The translations under genes and the position numbers were made by a program. A stretch of DNA of 64,000 nt from Pseudomonadales bacterium (GTDB taxonomy: Bacteria; Pseudomonadota; Gammaproteobacteria; Pseudomonadales; JAUIET01), in contig JBGCFQ010000011.1 in NCBI GenBank assembly GCA_045106985.1, positions 131,890 through 195,889 on the forward strand, given 5' to 3'. Every line of letters begins with the position of its first letter. Within the stretch, counting starts at the first letter, position 1. The notes below the pieces were generated by a model. It saw nothing but the letters and a program-made list of their open reading frames with translations. It was not told the DNA's origin and made no database searches. Positions 44,840 through 54,018 of this stretch are shown here, one piece after another.

Positions 44840-47260
44840 ATGTCCTCTCCCCCACCAATTGAAACATCGATATTATCAGGCTTCCTGCTGAGCCGCCATT
44901 GGCGCGATACCGACGCAGGCGTTGAGCTAAGCTACTGGGCAAGTACGGATAGCGGCCCACTGCAGATTCTGATTACCGGCCAAGAGGCCTTATGTTTTTG
45001 TGAGCGAGAAAAGGAGTTACCTACTGCGGTCGAAAGCGGCATTCGCCGAGTGCCACTGGCACTGCGCAGCCTGCAAGGGCAAACAATAGACGGGCTTTAC
45101 TCTAAATCACAGCGTTCGCTAACCGAGTTCTCTAACACGAACAATGATTTATTCGAATCAGATATTCGCTTAGTAAATCGGTACCTGATGGAACGGTTTG
45201 TTAGTGCTTCATTTAGGCTTTCTGGCGAACTAGAGCAAAAGAATGGTTACTTACTAAGCCGCAATCCGAAGTTAGCCAATACGAATTACCAACCAGTGCT
45301 AACGGCTGCATCTCTTGATATTGAAACTGATGGCTTTGGCGACACACTTTATTCGATTGCAGTGGCACACACCAAAGAATCGGTTGTGTTTATGCAGGGC
45401 GATAATAACCAAGGAGCCCACAGCACAGACAACACCGACAGCCAACACGAAAAATACTCTGTGCGCTATTTTTCAAATGAACGTACGCTTCTAAGAGCTT
45501 TCTTTTTATGGTGGCGAAAACTCGACCCAGACTTGATCATCGGCTGGAACGTTGTGGGCTTTGATTTGTATTTTTTGCAGAACAAGTGTCGCCAACTCAA
45601 CATTCCCTACGCTTTGGGCCGGGCGGATAAAATTGCATACGTAATGCCGCGAGACAAAACTGACCGAGGCATTCAGGCGCCGGCGAGAGCGCGTATACCC
45701 GGGCGGGCTACTCTGGACGGAATCGATCTTTTGCGAGCAGGATTTTGGTCGTTTGAAAGTTTCTCGCTTGAGAATGTCGCCAGTAAAATGCTTGGCAAGG
45801 GCAAGATAATCAAGCAAAGCGGAGCTGAAAAAGTTCATGAAATCAATCGCCAGTTTCGAGAAGATAAAGAGCAACTAGCGGCGTACAACATTGAAGATTG
45901 TTTCCTCGTGCAAGAAATTTTCGAACACGCCGATTTATTTAACTTCGCCATACAGCGAGCACAAATGACGGGGCTAGACATCGATCGTATGGGCGGCTCA
46001 GTTGCAACTTTCGATAACGTTTACTTGCCGCGCCTGCATCGCCAAGGTTTTGTCGCGCCCGACATCAAGCCGGATCGAGGCACAGGGCTTGGCAGCCCCG
46101 GTGGTTATGTGCTCGACTCGCAACCTGGCTTGTATCGCGATGTTTTAGTGCTGGATTTTAAATCGCTGTATCCAAGTATAATCCGTACATTTTTAATCGA
46201 TCCATTGGGCCTGCACATAGCCGACTTGAGCAAGCATAGTCTGGAAAAGGATGATGGCAAAAGTGTTGATAGAACGACTACAGAGAATGTACAGGGTTTT
46301 CTTGGCGCTGAATTTTCTCGCGAAAACTCCATACTTCCCGACCTCGTTGGCGAGCTCTGGAACCAGCGGGACAAAGCAAAAGCGTCAAACAATGCAGCGC
46401 TATCGCAGGCTATTAAGATCATTATGAATTCCTTCTACGGTGTACTGGGCACACCAGCCTGCCGTTTCTACGACCCCAAGCTCGCCTCCAGTATTACGCT
46501 AAGAGGGCATGAAATAATCACTAAAAGTTTGCAGCTTATCGAGCAACAGGGCTTTAAAGTTATCTATGGCGATACCGATTCGCTATTTGTTTTGTTGCCT
46601 GAGAATAGCAGCGAAAAACAGGCGAATGACGCCGGCACGACGCTAGCGGCATCGCTTAATACTTATTGGCGAGAGACGTTGAAAAGTACCCAAAAACTAC
46701 AAAGCTATTTAGAAGTTGAGTTCGAAACGCATTTTCTGAAATTTCTGATGCCAACCATTCGCGGTGAGAGTACCGGCAGTAAAAAGCGCTATGCTGGTCT
46801 AATTCGCAACGCGGATAATAGCGTCGAAATTCAATTCAAAGGGCTTGAGGCGGCGCGCACAGACTGGACGCCGCTAGCACGTGAATTTCAGCGCGAACTG
46901 TACTGGCTGGTGTTTCACGATGAGGACCACAAGACACTGGTAAACAGCGCTGCTGAACAACTCTTGGCCGGAGAGCTGGATGACAAGCTAGTGTATCGCA
47001 AACGACTGCGTCGAAAGCTGGAGGACTATACAAAGAATGTTCCCCCGCACGTGCAAGCTGCACGCAAACTGGACAAGCCCGGCTCTTATATTGAATACGT
47101 TATAACATTAAACGGCCCAGAACCAGTTGAACAACAAAGATCAGCAATCGACTACCAGCATTATCTAGACCGGCAACTTGCACCGGCAGCCGATGGCATA
47201 CTTCACTTTTTAGGGGATAGCTTCGCGGAACTTACGAGTACGCAACTCGACATGTTTTGA
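44840..47260 (+). CDS. polB: DNA polymerase II (family B)
   Basis: 806 aa. The N-terminus GFLLSRHWRDT...GPLQI parallels E. coli PolB. Exonuclease motif LDIETDG and polymerase motifs DFKSLYPSII and YGDTDSLFV are present. Confidence 0.9.
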   Translation: MSSPPPIETSILSGFLLSRHWRDTDAGVELSYWASTDSGPLQILITGQEALCFCEREKELPTAVESGIRRVPLALRSLQGQTIDGLYSKSQRSLTEFSNTNNDLFESDIRLVNRYLMERFVSASFRLSGELEQKNGYLLSRNPKLANTNYQPVLTAASLDIETDGFGDTLYSIAVAHTKESVVFMQGDNNQGAHSTDNTDSQHEKYSVRYFSNERTLLRAFFLWWRKLDPDLIIGWNVVGFDLYFLQNKCRQLNIPYALGRADKIAYVMPRDKTDRGIQAPARARIPGRATLDGIDLLRAGFWSFESFSLENVASKMLGKGKIIKQSGAEKVHEINRQFREDKEQLAAYNIEDCFLVQEIFEHADLFNFAIQRAQMTGLDIDRMGGSVATFDNVYLPRLHRQGFVAPDIKPDRGTGLGSPGGYVLDSQPGLYRDVLVLDFKSLYPSIIRTFLIDPLGLHIADLSKHSLEKDDGKSVDRTTTENVQGFLGAEFSRENSILPDLVGELWNQRDKAKASNNAALSQAIKIIMNSFYGVLGTPACRFYDPKLASSITLRGHEIITKSLQLIEQQGFKVIYGDTDSLFVLLPENSSEKQANDAGTTLAASLNTYWRETLKSTQKLQSYLEVEFETHFLKFLMPTIRGESTGSKKRYAGLIRNADNSVEIQFKGLEAARTDWTPLAREFQRELYWLVFHDEDHKTLVNSAAEQLLAGELDDKLVYRKRLRRKLEDYTKNVPPHVQAARKLDKPGSYIEYVITLNGPEPVEQQRSAIDYQHYLDRQLAPAADGILHFLGDSFAELTSTQLDMF

Positions 47261-47385
47261 CTGATGGCATTCATAGATTATTGTGCGGTTGATCGACCTG
47301 CATTCTCATCATGGCTCGGCTACAATGCGGCTTGATTTAAAAGAATGATTCCACCACTTCATTTAGCACGAGGTTTTCGGCAACT

Positions 47386-48150
47386 GTGAATTTACTATTA
47401 GCAAACAAAGTCGCACTGGTTACAGGCAGTGATCGCCGTACGGGTGAAATTATTGCAGATACGCTCGCCGCGGAAGGTGCCACCGTTATCTATCATGGCA
47501 ATACCGAAGCGCCGAACAAAACCTTGGCGGTTAAAGGGGATGTTGCAAGCGAAGAAGGTTGCGCAGAACTTGTTACTGCAGTGAGAAACTTGGGCCTCAG
47601 CGTTGACATCTTAATCAATAACTATGGCACAGCTGACATGCACTCATGGTCAAATAGTAGTACCGAAAAGTGGCTAGAAATGTACCAGGTAAATGTGCTT
47701 TCGGCCGCCCGAATGGTGCAAGCTTTTGTTCAGGAAATGAAAGATTCCGGCTGGGGAAGGATAATAAACCTAGGAACAATTGGTTCACACCAGCCAAACA
47801 ACATTATGCCAGCTTACTACGCCGCAAAAGGTGCGCTTGCAACTATGGGCGTGAGCTTGGCGAAGGAGTTAAGTAGCACCGGCATTACAGTAAACACAGT
47901 GGCACCGGGTTTAATCCGCACAGAGCAAGTTGAACAAGGCTTTCGAAAACGAGCTGCCAAACATGGCTGGGGAGAGGATTGGGATACAATCGTGAGCAAT
48001 GTAGTCGCCAAAGACTACCCTAACCCCTGTGGTCGCATTGCGGAGCGTGAAGAAGTAGCTGATCTTGTGGCATTTCTATGCAGCCCGAGGGCCGATTTCA
48101 TAAACGGACAGAACATCCGGATTGACGGTGGTGCAGTGAGTTACGTTTAA
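47386..48150 (+). CDS. SDR-family oxidoreductase
   Basis: 254 aa with a GTG start. Motifs: VTGSDRRTGEII, NNYG, YYAAK. Confidence 0.8.
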   Translation: MNLLLANKVALVTGSDRRTGEIIADTLAAEGATVIYHGNTEAPNKTLAVKGDVASEEGCAELVTAVRNLGLSVDILINNYGTADMHSWSNSSTEKWLEMYQVNVLSAARMVQAFVQEMKDSGWGRIINLGTIGSHQPNNIMPAYYAAKGALATMGVSLAKELSSTGITVNTVAPGLIRTEQVEQGFRKRAAKHGWGEDWDTIVSNVVAKDYPNPCGRIAEREEVADLVAFLCSPRADFINGQNIRIDGGAVSYV

Positions 48151-48170
48151 AAAGATATTCTATCTATATA

Positions 48171-48196
48171 AAAGGGCGCTCATTGCGCCCTCTTTT
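48171..48196. terminator. bidirectional rho-independent terminator between convergent genes
   Basis: AAAAGGGCGC-tcatt-GCGCCCTCTTTT. A GC-rich 7-bp stem is flanked by an A-run and a T-run, between the SDR stop (48150) and the cysC stop (48224). Confidence 0.75.
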
Positions 48197-48223
48197 ATAT
48201 ACCCAACAAGCGCAACAAAATGC

Positions 48224-48844
48224 CTACTCGGAAATTATTCCCCTCTTGCGCAACTCAGCCAGTAAAACATCTACTTCTTCTTCCAGCGACATGGTCGCGC
48301 TATTTATCACAATCTCTGCGTTGTCGGGTGCCTCATAAGGGTCGTCAATCCCTGTAAAGTTTTTTATTTCACCTGCACGGGCTTTCTTGTATAGACCCTT
48401 TGGGTCACGACTTTCAGCAACGTCTAAAGGCACGTCAACAAACACCTCGATAAACTCCATGCCAGATGCTTCATGCAAAGCACGAACCTGGTCACGATCG
48501 GCGCGATAAGGACTGACAAAACTGGATAACGCAATCACTCCTGTATCAACAAAAAGCTTAGCAATTTCGCCGATGCGTCGAATATTTTCGGTGCGATCTT
48601 CGGCAGTAAATCCAAGATTCTTATTGATCCCTAGTCGAACGTTATCACCGTCCAATCGATAACTAAGACGCCCAGCTTCGTGCAGAACTCCCTCCAGCGC
48701 GACAGCCACTGTACTTTTGCCACTGCCCGACAAGCCTGTGAACCAAATTGTTGCGCCTTTCTGGCCAAGTAGCTTATTGCGATGGTCTCTGGTGATATCA
48801 CCCTCATGCCAAGTAACATTCGTCGCCTTCTGCTTTGCCATCAC
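48224..48844 (-). CDS. cysC: adenylyl-sulfate (APS) kinase
   Basis: 206 aa. Motifs: WFTGLSGSGKST P-loop, LDGDNVR, FVSPYRADR. Confidence 0.9.
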   Translation of the reverse strand: MMAKQKATNVTWHEGDITRDHRNKLLGQKGATIWFTGLSGSGKSTVAVALEGVLHEAGRLSYRLDGDNVRLGINKNLGFTAEDRTENIRRIGEIAKLFVDTGVIALSSFVSPYRADRDQVRALHEASGMEFIEVFVDVPLDVAESRDPKGLYKKARAGEIKNFTGIDDPYEAPDNAEIVINSATMSLEEEVDVLLAELRKRGIISE

Positions 48845-49044
48845 TATCTCCTGCTTGTTGATTGAGGTGTGTTAACCGCGCTTAGCTCTTTTTGCCTAAA
48901 GCCAGCGACTAAGCAGAGTATTATACTCGATTAGTGCACAAATAAGCTGCCTCTCTGTCTTTGGTAAGCTATGCCTAAAACCACATGCATTGTCTCGGCG
49001 GCGACCGCTAATTGCCGCAATCGCAAGCTATGGCATTCAGTCTT

Positions 49045-49887
49045 CTACTGCAATAGCGATTCAGCTTTTAGCAAGCCTAGCTCTTTAGCTATGGACGGCC
49101 CCTTTAGTATCTCAGCTGGCAGCCAACTCGGATCAGCTTCGTTATCAGCCAACCAAGCTACTACAGCCGCAATGCTTTGCGGTGTGCACGTTTTGTATTG
49201 CGCCAAAGCTGCTTCATCAATGCCCGCTGAACGCATGACCTCTGTAATAACCGTTCCAGGCTCTATGTTAAAAAAGCGTAAACCGCTATCTGGATGCTCC
49301 ACTCGCAGGGCGCCAGCCATTCTACCCAAGGCCGCCTTTGATGACGGGTACACGAATCCCCACCCTCCTTTGTCCGCTGGCGCTGGCGGATTGTGTAGAG
49401 CAGTGTATGACAACATATTGATTATTGTTCCCACCCCCCTTTTTAACATACCCGGAAGAAAGTTCTGAACCAATGCTAAAGGGGTGAAAACATTACCTTG
49501 GTACATGGCCTCAAGATGCGCCCTCGTGGTTGCAAGCACTGGCGTAAGGTTGCCAGGACCTTGATAAATTGCATTGTTAAAAAGAAGATCTATTCGGCCA
49601 AAATGACTTAGGGCTTGGTCAGCCGCTGCCTGAACAGCATTTGCTTGCAGAATGTCGGCTTTTAAACACAGCGCTTCTCGCCCATAGCTACTAATCGCAT
49701 GCGCGGTTGCTTCCAAGCTGCCCGCCAGAGGCATATTGCCCGCAACGTAGTCCTGACTTTCACCTTCACTTAGAGTACGGGCGCTGATCGCTACATCGTA
49801 GCCGTTTCTTGCTAGCGCAACGGCTGTTTCTGCACCTATACCTCTACTCGCTCCGCTAACGAAGGCTACTTTAGTATGGTTGGACAT
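49045..49887 (-). CDS. SDR-family oxidoreductase
   Basis: 280 aa. Motifs: VSGASRGIGAE, NNA, YPSSK. Confidence 0.8.
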   Translation of the reverse strand: MSNHTKVAFVSGASRGIGAETAVALARNGYDVAISARTLSEGESQDYVAGNMPLAGSLEATAHAISSYGREALCLKADILQANAVQAAADQALSHFGRIDLLFNNAIYQGPGNLTPVLATTRAHLEAMYQGNVFTPLALVQNFLPGMLKRGVGTIINMLSYTALHNPPAPADKGGWGFVYPSSKAALGRMAGALRVEHPDSGLRFFNIEPGTVITEVMRSAGIDEAALAQYKTCTPQSIAAVVAWLADNEADPSWLPAEILKGPSIAKELGLLKAESLLQ

Positions 49888-50046
49888 GGACCTCTCCGAA
49901 GAAACTGAGCAACAAATGCTACCAGCTCGGAGTGATTGAATGGATTACAAGATTATCGGAAAACAGAACTGTCGGCTTAGGTCTGACTCTGGAGACCGCT
50001 ATATCGAAGACAGATAGATAGGGGGGTTCTTGTTTAGTATGTAAAA

Positions 50047-50415
50047 TCAGGCCATCTGGCCTGGCTTATCCATCCAGCAATCACCGTTCTCTAAATACGC
50101 CGGGCTACGCTTCTCATCAACACCGCGGGCTGCCGAGGGGCGCAATTTCAAATCATCGACACCGAAAATACAAAAGCGAGAGCTTTTTACCAATGCAGGC
50201 TTCGTCTCTTCCACGCTTTTCTCAACACCCCTATTCACTGACTGGTCCGCGATTGCACCAAAAGCCAAGCCACAAGCCAACAAAAGCATAAACATGGCCG
50301 CGTAAAATTGGGCAGCGGAGGCGCGCTGCTGACCACTCTTGCGTTGCAGCAGTGCAGCGCCCTGTTCGGCGATCTGCTCTGTAGTGTCTGTTCTATTAGC
50401 GATGCTGTGTGACAT
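50047..50415 (-). CDS. hypothetical single-pass membrane protein
   Basis: 122 aa with one hydrophobic helix (FYAAMFMLLLACGLAFGAIA). No family recognised. Confidence 0.4.
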   Translation of the reverse strand: MSHSIANRTDTTEQIAEQGAALLQRKSGQQRASAAQFYAAMFMLLLACGLAFGAIADQSVNRGVEKSVEETKPALVKSSRFCIFGVDDLKLRPSAARGVDEKRSPAYLENGDCWMDKPGQMA

Positions 50416-50426
50416 AACGATCCAAC

Positions 50427-50494
50427 TGTGAACTGGGTTTGCTGCTTATAACCTAAGTATCAAACTTTGTTTGTGAACTCAGGTTTTGCTTATA
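50427..50494. repeat. imperfect ~23-nt direct repeat pair in the leader/promoter region
   Basis: TGTGAACTGGGTTTGCTGCTTATA (50427-50450) and TGTGAACTCAGGTTTTGCTTATA (50472-50494). GCTGCTTAT and ATAAGCAGC also form an inverted pair. Confidence 0.5.
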
Positions 50495-50634
50495 ATAAGC
50501 AGCGCCAACCCTTATCAACAATGCCGTTTATCCAGTAACGCCTATAAAATCATCATTTACAGGTGCACTATCAAAAATATCGACTACCAACACTACCGGA
50601 TATCGGGCAGAGCAGCTGCAGAAGTGCAGTGTCG

Positions 50635-51348
50635 CTATCGATAAGTAATCAACTTTTCGCCAAGTTGATGTCCAAGAACATCCAGAAAAGAGTGGTCATT
50701 GAAATACGAAAGCGAGGTTCGACTGCCAGCTCCACTGTAAAATATCTGAGTAACAGAACAATTAATCACTGGCTCATAGAACTGATAGGTTTGTGCACCT
50801 CCTAGACCGAGAACTTGGGCAACAACGGTGGCTATCGTGCCACCAGATGCAAATATACCTATGGTTTTGCCCGAACCATGGATCTGCATAACGTTCGCCA
50901 TCGCTTGGCGGACACCGCTGGAGTAGTCAGCCCAACTTTGAATTGCCTCGTTGCTGCACTCTGGCGACACCCAGTGGTTAAAAGAAGCTTCAACAATCTT
51001 CTGAAAGTTCTTGCTGACGCCCAACCCCGATTCCACTATTTCTTTGATTGCTGGCTGTTGTTCAATAATCACCGGCAACAGCTGCTCTATTTGCTCATCG
51101 TTACGGATTTCATTGAACCTGGCATCAATATGATGAACTGGGACGGTGGGCTGAGAAGCGATCGCCAGCGCTGCGGTCTTCTTTTGGCGCTCTAAATTGC
51201 CGCTGTAGACTGCATCAAACTGAATGTTGCAATCACGCAAATAGTGGCCCAATACTTCAGCCTGCCGACAACCAAGTCCTGAAAGCTCATCATAGTTGGC
51301 CGCCCCAAATGAAGCCTGCCCGTGTCTTATCAGATAGATTGTCGCCAT
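50635..51348 (-). CDS. histidine phosphatase (phosphoglycerate mutase-like) family protein
   Basis: 237 aa. IYLIRHGQ carries the catalytic RHG motif. Confidence 0.8.
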   Translation of the reverse strand: MATIYLIRHGQASFGAANYDELSGLGCRQAEVLGHYLRDCNIQFDAVYSGNLERQKKTAALAIASQPTVPVHHIDARFNEIRNDEQIEQLLPVIIEQQPAIKEIVESGLGVSKNFQKIVEASFNHWVSPECSNEAIQSWADYSSGVRQAMANVMQIHGSGKTIGIFASGGTIATVVAQVLGLGGAQTYQFYEPVINCSVTQIFYSGAGSRTSLSYFNDHSFLDVLGHQLGEKLITYR

Positions 51349-51475
51349 AATGCCAGTCCTTTTGTTCTGTCTTCAAATCAGCCTGCCATCATACAAGTGG
51401 GTCGCTTACAGGTATACTCTGCGCCTGGAAACAATCGTTCACAGAAGGGATCACGCAAGTGATCAAAGAAGGACA

Positions 51476-52633
51476 ATGACACAGTATCAGTTCAGTACCA
51501 CACCCGACATTTGCATAGGGGCCGGCAGCTCCAAACGTACTGGGGAGTTAGCTAGCGCTCTGGGGATGAAGCACGCCCTTATTGTTTGCGACCCCGATAT
51601 TAAGAGTTTGGGCCTACTAGACCAAGCCCTTGAAAGCCTTGAAAATCAAAAGGTTAAGATTAGTATCTACAGTGACGTAATAGCCGATCCGCCTGAACAT
51701 ATAGTGACAGCGGCGGCAGCCGAAGCGCGAATGGCAGGCTGCGATGGTGTGATTGGGCTAGGCGGCGGCAGCTCATTAGACACGGCTAAACTTGTAGCGG
51801 CACTCATCATAGGCGATCAGACTCTAAGCGAGATGTACGGTGTTGATCAGGTACGCGGTAAGCGTGCGCCACTGATTCAAATTCCCACTACGGCCGGTAC
51901 CGGCTCCGAAGTTACTATGGTGGCGATTGTTACCACCGGTGGAACCACTAAAGCCGGCGTTGTTAGCCGAACCCTGTTAGCCGACAAAGTCATTCTCGAC
52001 CCCGTTTTAACGAAGGGCTTGCCGCCTCACATAACAGCAGCGACCGGCATAGATGCGATGGTGCATGCCATAGAAGCCTACACCAGTGTTCGACTCAAGA
52101 ACCCTTTATCAGACATGCTCGCCAGGCAGGCATTAGAGCTGATGTGTGGCAGCATCCAGCTCGCGGTCAAAGATGGTAGTGACATGCGCGCCCGAGAGGC
52201 GATGCTGCTTGGTGCAATGCTCGCTGGCCAGGCCTTTGCCAACGCTCCAGTTGCCGCTGTTCATGCCCTAGCCTACCCGTTGGGCGGTAATTACCATATT
52301 GCCCACGGACTCAGTAACTCGCTGGTGTTGCCGCATGTATTGCGATTCAATGCCAAAGGCGCTGCCGAGCTTTACCATCAGCTTGCCCCGATTATCCTAG
52401 GAGATGCTCCGTTAGCAGGCAACGCGCGTGCAGTGACCGAGCAGTTAGCGCAGCATTTTCACGCCTTAGCCGCTGAGCTTGGCTTGCAGACAAGTCTGCG
52501 GGAAATGAATATTGCTGAAAGCGATCTCGATATGCTGGCTGGCGAAGCCATGCTACAGGAACGACTTCTCATCAATAACCCTCGACCTATGACCCATGCC
52601 GATGCTTTGGGGATATACCAACAAGCCTATTGA
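51476..52633 (+). CDS. iron-containing (group III) alcohol dehydrogenase
   Basis: Trimmed to the ATG at 51476 (MTQYQFSTTPDICIGAG). Motifs: GLGGGSSLDTAK and the His cluster AMVHAIEAYT ... HALAYPLGG..HIAHG. Confidence 0.8.
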   Translation: MTQYQFSTTPDICIGAGSSKRTGELASALGMKHALIVCDPDIKSLGLLDQALESLENQKVKISIYSDVIADPPEHIVTAAAAEARMAGCDGVIGLGGGSSLDTAKLVAALIIGDQTLSEMYGVDQVRGKRAPLIQIPTTAGTGSEVTMVAIVTTGGTTKAGVVSRTLLADKVILDPVLTKGLPPHITAATGIDAMVHAIEAYTSVRLKNPLSDMLARQALELMCGSIQLAVKDGSDMRAREAMLLGAMLAGQAFANAPVAAVHALAYPLGGNYHIAHGLSNSLVLPHVLRFNAKGAAELYHQLAPIILGDAPLAGNARAVTEQLAQHFHALAAELGLQTSLREMNIAESDLDMLAGEAMLQERLLINNPRPMTHADALGIYQQAY

Positions 52634-52649
52634 CCGTTAATTACCGCCT

Positions 52650-53087
52650 ATGAAAGACCCACTCTCGCGACGTACTGAATATAACTGGTTTACTGATATC
52701 TCCACCCGCTGGATGGATAACGATATCTATGGCCACATCAACAACGTGGTCTATTACAGCTACTTTGATAGCATCGCCAATAAGTTTCTGATTGAAGAAG
52801 GCGGGCTGGATATACACAACGCCAGTACTGTCGGCTTCGTTGTCGCCTCATCTTGCCAGTATCTCTCGCCGCTCGCCTACCCTATGGCTCTGGAAGGAGG
52901 CTTTCGTGTGAACAAGTTGGGGAACAGCTCGGTGGAATATGGCTTAGCGATTTTCGAACAAGGCCGCACCGAAGCGTCAGCTCATGGTACGTTCACGCAT
53001 GTGTTTGTAGAGCAAGCGAGCAACAAGAGTACAGCGATACCAGCACGTATACGCTCTGCATTGGAAGCGTTGAATCCCGAAAGATAA
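52650..53087 (+). CDS. acyl-CoA thioesterase (4HBT/YbgC-like hotdog)
   Basis: 145 aa. RWMDNDIYGHINNVVYYSYFD carries the catalytic Asp/His-region pattern. Confidence 0.75.
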   Translation: MKDPLSRRTEYNWFTDISTRWMDNDIYGHINNVVYYSYFDSIANKFLIEEGGLDIHNASTVGFVVASSCQYLSPLAYPMALEGGFRVNKLGNSSVEYGLAIFEQGRTEASAHGTFTHVFVEQASNKSTAIPARIRSALEALNPER

Positions 53088-53155
53088 AAGAAAACAAAAT
53101 CCCCTCGAAAAACCAAATTCCTGAGGGAAAGATGCGCGTCTATGGCGCATTCAGC

Positions 53156-53971
53156 TTATTTATCAGCGGCGTCTACGTTATGGAGTGCCGTAATGTCGAA
53201 GGAAGGAATGTACATCTGCGGCGTTTTACCACCATCAACCGGCAAGATAACACCCGTTATAAATGACGCTTGGTCGGAGGCCAGAAAACAGATAGCTTCT
53301 GATATTTCTTCGGCCTGAGCATGACGCTGCATGGGTATTGAACCGGCCACCAAATTGCTCATTTCTTCGCTTTTACGAAACGCAGCCTGTTGGCCTGGCG
53401 TTACGACGGATCCTGGTGCGACTACATTTAACCTTACGTTGTGGGGAGCAGCCTCCATAGCGGCACAGCTGGTAAACTGGTTCACAGCTGCTTTCGAGCC
53501 TGAATAAGCACTAGCAGCAATGCCCGCTCGTAGGCTGCTAACAGAACTGACATTGATAATTGAGCCCGAACCCTGAGCTATCATAAGCTTCATTGCTTCC
53601 TTACAACCAACAAATACACTATCAACCGACGCAGTGAAATTCGCCCGCCAATTTTCTATGGTCTGGTCAACAACCATGCCGCCGACAACCGAGGGTGCAT
53701 TGTTAACCAGCACATCAAGCCGGCCATGTTTCTCGTGTGTTTCTTGAATAAGACTGGCAAAGCCCTCGAGGTCATTAACATCCAAGGCAACGGCTGTTAT
53801 CCCTCCAGCAGCGCCCTTTAACTCGTCTACTAGCTCATCAAGTTTTGGCTTTCTACGAGCACAAGCAATCACATGCGCACCTTCATTAACAAGCTGCCGG
53901 ACCACTGCTCGGCCTATGCCCAAGCTACCACCGGTAACAATTGCGACCTTACCCTCGAATCGACTAGTCAT
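53156..53971 (-). CDS. SDR-family oxidoreductase
   Basis: 271 aa. Motifs: VTGGSLGIGRA, NNA, YSGSK. Confidence 0.85.
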   Translation of the reverse strand: MTSRFEGKVAIVTGGSLGIGRAVVRQLVNEGAHVIACARRKPKLDELVDELKGAAGGITAVALDVNDLEGFASLIQETHEKHGRLDVLVNNAPSVVGGMVVDQTIENWRANFTASVDSVFVGCKEAMKLMIAQGSGSIINVSSVSSLRAGIAASAYSGSKAAVNQFTSCAAMEAAPHNVRLNVVAPGSVVTPGQQAAFRKSEEMSNLVAGSIPMQRHAQAEEISEAICFLASDQASFITGVILPVDGGKTPQMYIPSFDITALHNVDAADK

Positions 53972-54018
53972 TCGTAAACCTTATAAAACAATATGTTGCA
54001 ACAAATAGTTAATGTGCT

